Source: Candidatus Dojkabacteria bacterium (lineage in GTDB: Bacteria > Patescibacteriota > Dojkabacteria > B142 > OLB20). From it: 64,000 bases of DNA. Below, piece by piece: positions 32,401 through 42,100 of this stretch (its first letter is position 1; the number at the start of each line of letters is the position of its first letter). The stretch lies in NCBI GenBank assembly GCA_046753765.1, contig JBHHUN010000001.1, forward strand, positions 12,141 to 76,140, written 5' to 3'. Both the position numbers and the translations under genes were made by a program. The notes under the pieces are model-generated. The model was not told the origin of the DNA, did no database searches, and saw only the letters and a list, made by a program, of their open reading frames with translations.

Positions 32401-32869
32401 TTTTAATCCAAACAATCAATATACGATAGAGGCTTGGGTATATCCGAGGTCAACTGCCAACAACCCTGCAATTTATAGGAAAGGTGGGTCAGGTGGAAGC
32501 GAGGTAATCATTTTGGATATTATTGCTGGGAAGTGGCGATTGGTATCCAGAAATACTGGTGGTACCGCCTATAGAGCAACCGGTAACGCCGCTGTCACCG
32601 CTAATCAATGGTCGCATCTAATTGGAGTTATGGATGGCTCAATGCTATATTTGTATGTAAATGGAAAGTTGACTGATACCGCGGCCTTTGCAGGTAGTTT
32701 GGGTACCTCAACAGTCGGTTGGGCAATAGGTAACAGACCAGACACATTCTCTGCCACACAGCAATTAGACGGAATCGTTGACGAATTAAAGGTCTATAAC
32801 TATGCGTTTTCGAAGGAAGATAGAGATAGGTCTTATATCTCGCAGGGTGCCGCCTTGAGGTTCGAATAG
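26450..32869 (+). CDS. Giant secreted/surface protein, paralog of the upstream gene; DUF2341-like domains plus about 6 LamG domains, 2139 aa
   Basis: Leader ending AKA|EWY; near-identical mature N-terminus (WAYRK.IDISGNASDLTDIQFQVTG); LamG repeats; 8-nt overlap with the upstream gene. Confidence 0.85.
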   Translation: MSKARSKLRTYPLRHWRWLWSTKVPVIFLVLMFLIGAVFGHLITPRKAKAEWYNDLWAYRKQIDISGNASDLTDIQFQVTGIDTSALYSVGKLQVDCQDIRFTDVQGNLLPYWVEDDGIDCSDDTTTDFWVRLQRAESEGTTIFMYYGNPDAGAGGSGDKTFEFFDDFSESIVDWYSSLWSFRIRLSVQKSKVDAALTDFPVFVDLSDLPGHFFSNADSGGNDLVVTSSDGTKLDRELVSIDTTARTGELWFRGDLNATTDTDFFIYYGNGSASETNATGTWTSAYAVVQHLNEDPSGGAPQMQDSTSNNNDGTSNGTMATSDLVNAVVGDGLQFDGSNDYISLSGVNATNKLTVSGWFYLEEYGGACDGGITRANASNPYGGFLLSPCSNGTPAIFNFAVANSTTWQEVLSSTDKLTGRWYYVVGVYDASVSSMKIYFDGVQDNSASATGNVRDNSEALRIGLNQTSYMKGTIDEVRVTSDAKSANWIAAEYSNQIDPGNFYHLGEPETETSRVLRPRQWTDTGSPAYTSGAVSFSYALGQEGILSTSQFSSDSKLVFRSTESATSLDDGRVGLSNTALTTSYNTDDAASYLFDSSTGANFEREAVNEGIATSSAGSTIEDTSAHDFEIGWTATTVDYRIDNATDGSIVTNLPDESMNIRIEVNNTSESLSVDWVAVASYNSDPPDTQNVGTEEIGPGPLVYLKLDEGQGQTASNSGSGGSQLDGYLGVDSFGTSNDPSWTDECISGGCLKFDGVDDAFEIPDNDLIDFGTDDFSVSMWMNFGDQAGGTHNYSIAFMKSDKTSSPYAGMTAFVDTPYSSPNGGVQFRLDSNNEAESTTTGMDDSRWRHYVFVRSGTTLEIYIDGILNKSQSVSSIDISDTANLRFGANQPVVTDQNFQGMMDEIKVYDYAIDQEKVLAELNTYADVLGTDTNGLRDGLVGWWKMDEVSANTCSGGNNDSCDSSGSGNDAAWANNVAATAGILGSGTVFDGTDDYIRDSSPVGMPTGASPRTVSAWVKLNALGTKQVIFQYGPPSITRNTLLMDISTANKPEFTSWADGATSTTSLTTGIWYHLVGTYDGDLTMKIYIDGDLDTTHTLGGQLISTVDGTGVNMGAWQAGVLDDLNGSLDEVRVYNKELSAAEIAKLYEYRPGPVARWKFDEKSGTTAYDSSISANNGTLTGMDGATDWVQGRTGGALDFDGINDYVSVADDDDLDFIAGASFSIAAWFKTTGAVAATQQLVGKGGLGNSIGYSLYLDATGNVVCGIDDDAVTFPEDSVTSSADQDDSAWHHVACVKDAGSSIRLYVDGVETGTADTTISATGTLASADAAVIGGQSGANYFSGRVDDVRMYDYDLTTSEVFNLYSSSTSSSKNPYKKVISLSPSTPSANYQVRVPLTSAEIDYTKTQDAGEDIRFEDLGGSPLDFWIESWDESGTSVVWVEAAASGTSSIVMTYGNTALSSASNGTNTFLYFTDLTSDPGLTGTNSTNSYAYYDGTNDRIYFQFRRDSSSNVDRYWTLPSAITEDSIATDYSVQRYYYISHGKYGDKFGSVGLSTGTADPRTSMIGSGYTMDTDYGVSVPTFVGRVANSSSYSDIGPWTASNTTVYQMSTGLDGTYASKTVYQNGTQVNTGNITVSGQTASYTEFNIYRQNYGHSQDYATHRWYLDDIRVRKFDQNEPVATVGEEEANAVALKVNTEREASGPLLKLNLDEKSGTTATDSSGNGNNGTLNGFMTDSDWVHGKVGNALDFDGVDDFVEVANESYFDQTTTLTVAGWVYLSDSSRSSFASKGTGASADGGWSWDYGGFNAGQVEFGVNGGSLIYMTVGAAMSINEWHYVVGVFDSSLSGNSRLSLYIDGVKQTGTYTNSGTFTTITPNNNSVMVGSKDGAIRFTGKIDKVRVWDRALTAREAAIEYNGGKPVGWWKMDRGEGNTAYDYSGNGNNGTLTNMAPASDWLGSQSCKLNSCLDFDGSDDYIVGNHSSSLNFNPNNQYTIEAWVYPRSTANNPAIYRKGGSGGSEVIILDIIAGKWRLVSRNTGGTAYRATGNAAVTANQWSHLIGVMDGSMLYLYVNGKLTDTAAFAGSLGTSTVGWAIGNRPDTFSATQQLDGIVDELKVYNYAFSKEDRDRSYISQGAALRFE

Positions 32870-33190
32870 CTCCCGAATCAAGGTGTCTTTACTAATTATT
32901 AGCAAGGGTGGCCCTCGTCTGATAATAAAGGGGGTATAAATTCCTGGTTTAGCCCAATCCTTTCTTGATCATCGTTGCATTCGTTGAACCGATAGCCCTT
33001 AAGCTAATAGCCCTTGAAGTCAGTCATTGCCATTATCTAATACTTCAAATATGCTTTGGAAGTAGAAAATTAAGAGTTTTTGTTATGAAACATTACTCAA
33101 AAACGTACAAAAGTGCACAAATGGTATTGCTACTAACCTTTTGTTGCATTAATATGTATTAGGCAACGAAATTAAGATAGGTAAATTTAT

Positions 33191-36100
33191 ATGCTGCCTT
33201 TGCATTTTACTGTCAAACAACTGCCATTTAGAGCATTCTATGGGAGATTACTCCGTGTATTCACCCTTTTTGCATCTTTCGTGATAGTCTCGGCCCTATT
33301 CCTGCTTGTATCCCAAACGGTGAGCGCTACAGTTAATAGCACAATGAACTTCCAGGGGAAGGTTGTAAATCTCTCCGACGGTACGAACATCGTAGCTGGT
33401 TCCCCGAGCTGTGTTGCAGCAGGCGCCGATACCTGTGACTTCAGGGCAAGCATATACACCGATTCTACAGGTGGAACACTCCTTTGGCAGGAACCACAAA
33501 GTAACGTTGAGCTAGGTGACTATGAGGGTGTGTTTAATCTTTCACTAAACTCTGTGTGTGCCAGCTGGAGCAGCCCCGGCGGTAGCTGTTCAGGTTCAGG
33601 CCTAACGTGGGGGAGTGATTCAACGATCTATCTGCAGATAGAGTTTGATGATGACGGTAACGGCGACTTTGTCAGTGCTGAGACATTTACCAGAAAACTG
33701 CTGACTAGTGTCCCTTACGCCTACGAGGCTGATCAGCTTGATGGTATTGACTCAACCGGGTTTGTCCAGCTTGCGCCAGGCAGTGTACAGACAACCGGGA
33801 ATACCACTAATCCATTGATCTATCTAAACGAAAATGGTACCGGAACGCCTAATTTGCTACAACTGCAAGTCGCCGGCAGTGATATCGCAACCATAAATAA
33901 TTCAGGCGATCTCACCATAACGGGTGATGCAAACATCAATGGGGGCACTATCAACTCCACCTCTGTGTTGACTTTCAACGACAGTAACACTTTGGATATT
34001 GCCTTTAGTGATGCTTCCAACACTACGTTGCCAGTAGGTACAAATTCCATTTTGCACGCATTAAATGCTGCATCTGGAGGTGGAGGCGGGCTCTGGACCA
34101 TCAATGCTAACGTAACCTATCTTACCTCCTCTGGTTCAGATCTATCGCTCGCTTCCACCTTAGTATCTGCATTCAGTGTTGATGAAAGCGAAAACCTGGT
34201 TAGAGTAGGAGACGGTTCTTCCAGCAACGGTAAGATCGACTTCTACTCATCAACTGGGGATACGGGGAGATTTGAATACATAACAGACACACTGCAGTGG
34301 AGTGGAGGGAGTGTGAGAATTGCCAATAATACGTCTGTAAATTTCGGATCCTCAGATCAGATACAGGTTCTTTACGACAGCACTACTGATACGAGGCTGG
34401 AATTTTCAGATGGCACTAATTTACTGCTCGCACTTGATGACGCGGGCACTACCGGCGATCTCCTTGTTACCGGAACTGTAAGTATCGGAGGAAGCTCAAA
34501 TGATGTGCTAGCAACCAGTGCAGCAGCGGGGGCTGCTACCAGCAGTTTATACTGGGGAAACCAGACAGTGTGTCTTGCTGACGGAACTGGTTGCAGCACT
34601 GACTACGGACTCTGGGAGGCGCTATCTTTTAATACAGGTGCCAATACTGGAACATTTGAAAACGACAACGATGTAATCGTTGGAACGTGGGCTGGTGACG
34701 ATACGCCATTGACCAATACCGGCTTTGTTTTAGACAGTACCACAGCAGACGATCTTTTTGTACTCGATCTGCTTGGTGTTGGGGATAGTTTGTACGTAGA
34801 AAACAACATCGTTGCCGGAAGTGGAGCACTTACGCTTAGTGACAGTGGTATTACAGATGGCGACTCGAATCTTGTGCTTACTGCAACGGGGGCAAATGTA
34901 GTCCAGATCAGTGATGCCCTTACTGTGACTGGCGGAACTGCTACATTCTCGGGCGGTAACGTTATTGTGCAGCATACAACACCTTATGACATCGTTATTG
35001 ATAATTCGACGGTAGGAGTTCCAACGGGAGGGAATCTGGCAAGCGATTCAGGCTACCTAACTCTCAGGGGAAACTTCTTTGACGATACCCCTGACACTGA
35101 CACTGAGCTCGACATGAGCTTGCTTATGGACGTTACTGACGGTTCCACATATCGGCTTGGATTTTATAACGATGGAAAGGCAGCTGAGATTGGAAGCCTT
35201 GATGAGTCAGGGAATCTACAGGTTGACGGAACACTTAATCTAGGTACAAACACTGCAGACGTACTTAGCGTTGGAGCTGGAACTGCAGCAAATGGTGATC
35301 TCTACTGGGGTGACGATCTGCTTTGTGATACAAGTCAGTCCAATTGTGGATGGGCAGCTGGTGGATCGACGCTCTTCACTGACGGAGGGACACTCACGTA
35401 TCTTACACAGACAGCCGATGATTTTGCCATCGGCGGAAGTGCCTTGGCCTCACCATTTAGTGTGGACACAGATATAAATACAGTGAGGATTGGTGACGGG
35501 ACTAGTGACGTTAATGATCCAACAGTGACTTTCTATGCCAGCAATGCAGTCGATTCCGGAAGTATTATCTATCTGGATGCGGACGGGTTTCAGTTTAGCG
35601 GTGGAGATGTGCTAGTAGGAGCTGCGAGCGAAACTATAGCGGGTGCAGGGTTCGTATTGAACGGGGACGATCTGTTCGTAAACGGCCAGCTTGGTGTTGA
35701 GGGAGATATCTACACAGACGCAGATCTTACACTTCAATCAGATGTAGACACGACTGGAGTAGGGGATATCACTATTAACTTCGGAGGAACGAACACGGAG
35801 ACCATTGCCTGGATAGCATCGCTTGACGGTTTCCAGGTATCGGACGATCTTTTGCCTTCCACTGATGACGCACTTGATCTTGGTTCGAATACGCTAAGAT
35901 GGCGTGATCTTTACACAGGCCCCGGGACGATACATGTAGGAACATCAACCTCAGATGAAGGTACCCTCAGCTATAACACAACCACAAATGACTTAGCCAT
36001 TGAGAGCACTGGAGATCTGGTTCTCTTAAGTGGGGGTGGATATGTAGGGATTGGAACTGCAACGACAACTGCATTTCTGGATATAACCGCTCCTACCACC

Positions 36101-39100
36101 AGTGCGGCACAGATTAACTTAAGCCCTTCTGTCGCTGTCGATCCTAGTGCTCCAGTTAATGGTGACATGTGGTACAACGGTACTAATCTCAACTTCTATA
36201 ACGGGTCAGTGACGACAGATCTACTAGCCGGGTCGTCAAGTCTATGGACTGATGGCGGAACATTGACCTATCTAACAAGCACAACAGATGATGTTGTATT
36301 TGGAGGAACAACAAGCGCAGGGCCATTCTTCTTTGATACAAGTGCTGGCAAGCTGACACTGAACACTGTTGGAGCTGGAGCGGGGATAGCTCTTGGCGAT
36401 GACACTCTACTTTATGATGGTGGAACCAATTTAATTCAGACAGCTGACTCATTCACAATAGGCGGACAGCTCACAGTGTCGTCAACGGGCTCTAGCGGTG
36501 GACTTGTCATTGGCGATGACACAAATTTGTACGACAACGGTACGAATCTGTTACAGACAGATGACTCATTCACTGTTGGTGGGGCTTTAAGTGTTACTGG
36601 TGGAGCTGCAACTGTTTCAGGTGGTGGTTTGACAGTCACTGGTGGCAATGTATTAGTGCAGGGGACAACCCCACTTGATGTAATAGTTGATAACTCTACT
36701 ACAGGCACAACAGCTAATTCTGGGGCTTTATATCTGCGGGGTAATTACTTCAATGTAAGTGATACCGAGATAGATATGAGTATCCTTCTTAATGTTACAG
36801 ATAATACCGATTACAAGATAAGTTTCTATGATGACGGCCAGGTAGCAGAAGTTGGTAGCATTGACCAGAGTGGGAATCTGCAGGTTGATGGCAATTTTAA
36901 TCTAGGAACAGATACTGCTGATGTGTTGAGTGTAGGGACAACAGGGTCGACTGCTATAGGTGATCTCTATTGGGGTGATGATCTTATTTGTGACTCAAGC
37001 CAAGCCAACTGTGGTATTGCTTTTGGCGGATCCTCACTGTTTACAGATGGAGGGGCACTCACATACTTAACTCAAACAACAGATGATTTCTCAGTTGGAG
37101 GAACAGCGCTTGCTTCGGCATTTAGCGTTGATGTTTCCGCAAACACAGTAAGGATTGGGAGTGGTGCAACAGCCGATGCAGTTTTAAGCATGTTTGCCAG
37201 TGACGCAAGTACAGGCACAATCACATTCACTACAAGTGACAGGTGGGAGTTTTCAGGCGGGGATATATTGTTATCCGATGACCAGTCAATGTTCTTTGGG
37301 ACCGATGCAGACGCTTTCTTTAGGTATGACGAGCTTACAGATAACAGGCTGGAATTTGGATTTGGCGCAAACCAGTTCGGTTACATCGATGATGTTGCTG
37401 CTCAAACATATGGCGACTTCCTCTTTAATGGAACAACTACGTTGGGAACGGGTCTGGCAGGTACTGAAACTGCTCTTTACATTAATCCGACGACCGGATT
37501 CACAGGTACGCTTCTAGATATCGATGTCAATGGTAGTGATATCTTTGCAGTTTCCACTACGGGAATTACAGCCAATGTACCTGCTACATTTGCCAGTGCA
37601 GGGGACGTACAGATAGCGAACGATCTTGCATTTACGAATTCGACTTCATCAAACATCACCTCTGATGCACCTCTATATATTACTGCAGGTGATATTGCCA
37701 GTAGCGAAGATCTGTATCTCTCCGCGAACAACGCAGGATATGTGATTGTAGATGATCGACTTGAGGTAGCAGACTTAATACACCTTGGAAATGCGAGTGC
37801 AAACAACTATCTGGCAACCAGCGTTCAGACAAATACACCGACAACAGACCTGTATTGGGGGGATAAACTCGTTTGTGATGTCAGTGAGGCAAACTGCGGG
37901 AATATCTGGACAGACTCAGGAACGGTCTCATACCTGACTAGCACAACCGATGACTTTGCAATAGGGGGAACGTCTCTTACAGCGTCTCTCAGTATGGACG
38001 TTAGTGCTAACTTGCTCCGCGTCGGAACAGGTGCAACTGCGAACGGGAAGATAGATCTATACTCATCTAATGGAAATTCAGCTAGGCTTGAGTTGACCAC
38101 GACTGATACTGTCGAACTTAATAATGCGGGGTTCGTATTCAATCAGGCCGGAGATGCTGTTGATTTTGTTATCGAAGGTGATACCGATGCAAACCTGATA
38201 ACAGCAGATGGTAGTACCGATAGGGTTGGAATCGGTGTAGCTGTGCCTGATGCATTCTTTGATGTTAAGCCTGCGACAGCCGGAAGTGCTTCGATTAACA
38301 TTTCATCTTCTGCAACAGTTAATCCTTCGGTGCCGGTAGATGGTGACATGTGGTACAACGGTACAAATTTATACTTCTATGATGGGTCTAGTACTATAGA
38401 CATCCTTGCAGGCGGATCTGGATCGAGCAAGTGGACAGATGGAGGAACGTTAACATATTTAACCAGCATTACGGATGATCTTGCAGTCGGTGCTTCAAGT
38501 GCTGTTGCTCCTTTATATATTGATGTTGATACTAACCTAATAAGAATTGGAGATGGTGCAAGTGATGTCAATGATCCTACACTGACATTTTATGCGAGTG
38601 ATGCTGTAGATAGCGGAAGTTTGATCTTCCAGGATGACGATTCATTCTTTTTAAGTGGCGGATCGGTAATGATTGGAGCTGCAGCAGAAACAATTGCCGG
38701 TACAGGCTTCGTTGTTGACGGTGACGACGTATTTATAGCAGGTATGCTCGGTGTCGAAGGTGACATCTATTCCGATGGTGATCTATATATTCAATCGGAC
38801 TTAGATACTACCCTAGCTGGAGATATATCGATCAATTTTGGGGGCACTAACACTGAGATACTTAAATGGGATGCAACTAATGATGCCTTCAGCTTATCTG
38901 ATGACTTCCTCCCTGCTACCAATGATGTCAGTACATTAGGCATAGATACACTACGTTGGGCCGACCTCTTCCTGGGGCCGAATACGTTGCACATTGGAAC
39001 CTCAACATCTGATGAAGGTACTGTCAGTTACGACACAACAGCAAATAATCTCCTGATTGATTCAACGGGTAACCTCGTCCTGCTGAATGGTGGTGGCAAC

Positions 39101-42100
39101 GTTGGTATAGGTACAACCACAACTAATGCCTTTCTTGATATTACAGCTCCAACGACAGCTTCTGCGCAACTCAATCTATCCCCATCGATAGCAGTTGATC
39201 CTTCTGCACCAGTAGATGGTGACATGTGGTACAACGGCACAAATCTATACTTCTATGATGGATCGAGTAATACAGATCTTCTAGCGGGCGGGGGTAGCAC
39301 GTTGTTTACTGACGGTGGAGCAGTGACGTACCTCACAAGTACAACAGATGACTTCGCCCTTGGTGGATCAACATTAGCAGCGTCAGTGTTTGCAGTTGAT
39401 GAGTCAACTGGAGACTTTTACTTTGGATCTGACAACACAACTGATCCCAGCTTACTCTTTGAAGCCTCAGACGCTGATGCCGGACAGATTGATTTTACTA
39501 CCAATGACCGCTTTGAACTGATCGGTGCCGGATTGCTGTTAGATGACGACCAGTCACTCTTCTTTGGCGCAAATGCAGATGCTTACTTCAGTTATGATGA
39601 GCTAACCGATGACCGTCTCGAGTTTGGCTTTGGGGCTAATCAATTCGGATACATTGATGATGTGACGGCCCAAACTTATGGAGACTTCAATTTCGCAGGA
39701 ACGACCAGCTTAGGTACGGCACTTGCAGGCACTGAAACAGCGTTGTACATCAATCCCACAACTGGATTTACTGGAACTTTACTTGATATTGATGTGGACG
39801 GGGCAGATATATTTACAGTAACTTCAACAGGCATTACAGCTGATGTCCCTGCAACATTTAACAGTGCTGGTGATGTGTCGATCGCTAACGATATCAACTT
39901 CACTAACGGCTCATCGTCAACTATCACTTCATTGGCACCGCTTTACATCACTGCTGGGGACGCAGTGAGCAACGACAGTTTGATCTTGAGTGCCCAAAAT
40001 GCTGGGTATGTAATTGTTGACGACCGCTTGCAGGTGGAGGATATAATTCATCTTGGAGGTTCAGCAGACAACTTCCTTGCAGCTTCATCACAAACTAATG
40101 CAGCAACCGATGACCTTTACTGGGGCGATAAACTGCTCTGTGACGCCAGTGTGGCAAATTGCGGATATGTAACCACAGCGCTTTGGGCTGATGGAACTAG
40201 CGGGTACTACAGCAACACAGAATCGGTAATTGTAGGTGCTGATGCAGCATTCAGTTATGTAACCACTCCCGGAGCGGGGGACTTAAAGGTGGCAGATGAT
40301 TTCGAAGCAGCAGATGATGGTTTTATAGGTGGGGATCTAGTTGTTGGTGCGTCAACAAGCTCGACAGACACAATCTCAGACGCTGGGTTTGTCCTTGGTG
40401 GAGATGACCTTTTTGTTGCTGGTCTGTTAGGGGTCGAAGGCGCTATTTATACAGATGATGATCTATATTTACAAACGGACATAGACACCACCCTGGCTGG
40501 AGATATATCGATCAATTTTGGGGGCACAAATACAGAGATATTCAAATGGGATGCAACGGCAGATGCCTTTGATCTTTCGGATGATATTACTGTAAATGGG
40601 AATATCACGATTTCTGGTGCAGCTGCCGGACTCGTCTATGCAAATGTAGCAACAGGAAGTGCGCCAACCTGTGATTCAACGACTGTCGGGACAACAATAT
40701 ACAACCGTGACGCTGCTGAGGACGGAACTATCTATCTGTGTAGGCAAAATACTGCAGGTGCATATGAGTGGAGAGACATTACAAACGGTGCTGGAACCCC
40801 TGACATAGCCGAGTTCGTTAGAACAAACGACACCACCATCGAAGCGGGTGATATTGTGAGCGTTTCACTAGAAGACTACCAAGAAGAGAATATCTACAAC
40901 CGCTTCCTTGTTGAGAAGTCAAACACTACCAATGTCGGTAGGCTTATGGGTATCATATCAACAGACCCTGGGATCTTACTTAACACGGCAAATGATCCCA
41001 ACGAACAGCAGGATCTTACAAACCTCCGCCCGCTGGCTCTTGCAGGTAGGGTACCAGTCAAAATATCAGCTGCATCAGCTGATATAGTCAAGGGTGATCC
41101 GATATCGGCTTCAGATAAGGATGGGCAGGGACAAAAACTTCAGGGCAGTGGGATGATTGTTGGTATCGCCCTTGAAGAATGGACATCTACTAGCGGAGAC
41201 ACAGATGTTATGGTGTTGATTAAGAATACTCACTATGATTCTGCGACTGAGGAAGGGACATTATATCTTGGGGAAAGTGGAAAGGGACTGATCTCCTTTA
41301 ATGAAGAGACTGGTACTTTTGAGTTTGACTCCAATGGAGACGGAATCCCAGAGATGAGCCTTGGTGAGAACAACGAGATTGAGGTTGCGCAAGATGTTCT
41401 TCCTAAGAGTTCGCCTGCGACCCTCACTGATGAGAGTGGTCAACAAATCACAGATGGAATTGATCTGGGCAGTCCGGAAGCCTATTTTGACGATGTTTAT
41501 GCAAACACATTCCATGGTCAGGATTTAGCGATCAATAATTTCGATGTTGCCGAAGAATACTTGGTTGAGGATATGACAATCATGGCAGGGGATGTGGTTA
41601 GATTCAAGAAGGACAGTTCTGACAGTCTCTTTGTTGAACGCACCGACGAAGCACAGGATAAATATGCGATTGGTGTGATAAGCACAAAGCCCGGCTTATA
41701 CTTAAAGGACTGGCAGGAAGACCGTGAGAGCGGTAGACCTGTAGCATTGGCGGGGCGTGTGCCTGTCAAAGTTACAGACGAGAATGGTCCAGTACACCGA
41801 GGTGACTTTTTGACTCCCGCAAGCACACCGGGCTACGCGATGAAGGCGGTGAGGGGTGGTGTGATAATCGGCAGGGCAATGGAAGATTTTGATCCAGATT
41901 TTTTCGATAGTGGGGACAGTGAGATGGTAACGGCCACGCTCGGGAGTGCACTCGCAACAGCTGAAGAAGAGATTGCAGAGCTGGTTGAAAGTGGGGAGCT
42001 TAGTGACGGGGAAGCAACCGAATTCTTGTACAGTATCCAGGAGGAGGTAACGGCTGAGTATGATGAACAAGAAGAAGCCGAGATGATTGAGAATGAGCTG

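Noticed and set aside
32965-33162. 65-aa ORF upstream of the fibre gene
   Set aside because: TTG start, no SD and no recognisable motif; probably promoter or spacer DNA. The ATAGCCCTT direct repeat in it is too short to call.
36159-39240. CRISPR-like array from the 22-nt exact repeats
   Set aside because: The copies are in-frame coding sequence 0.9-2.2 kb apart, and there are no cas genes.
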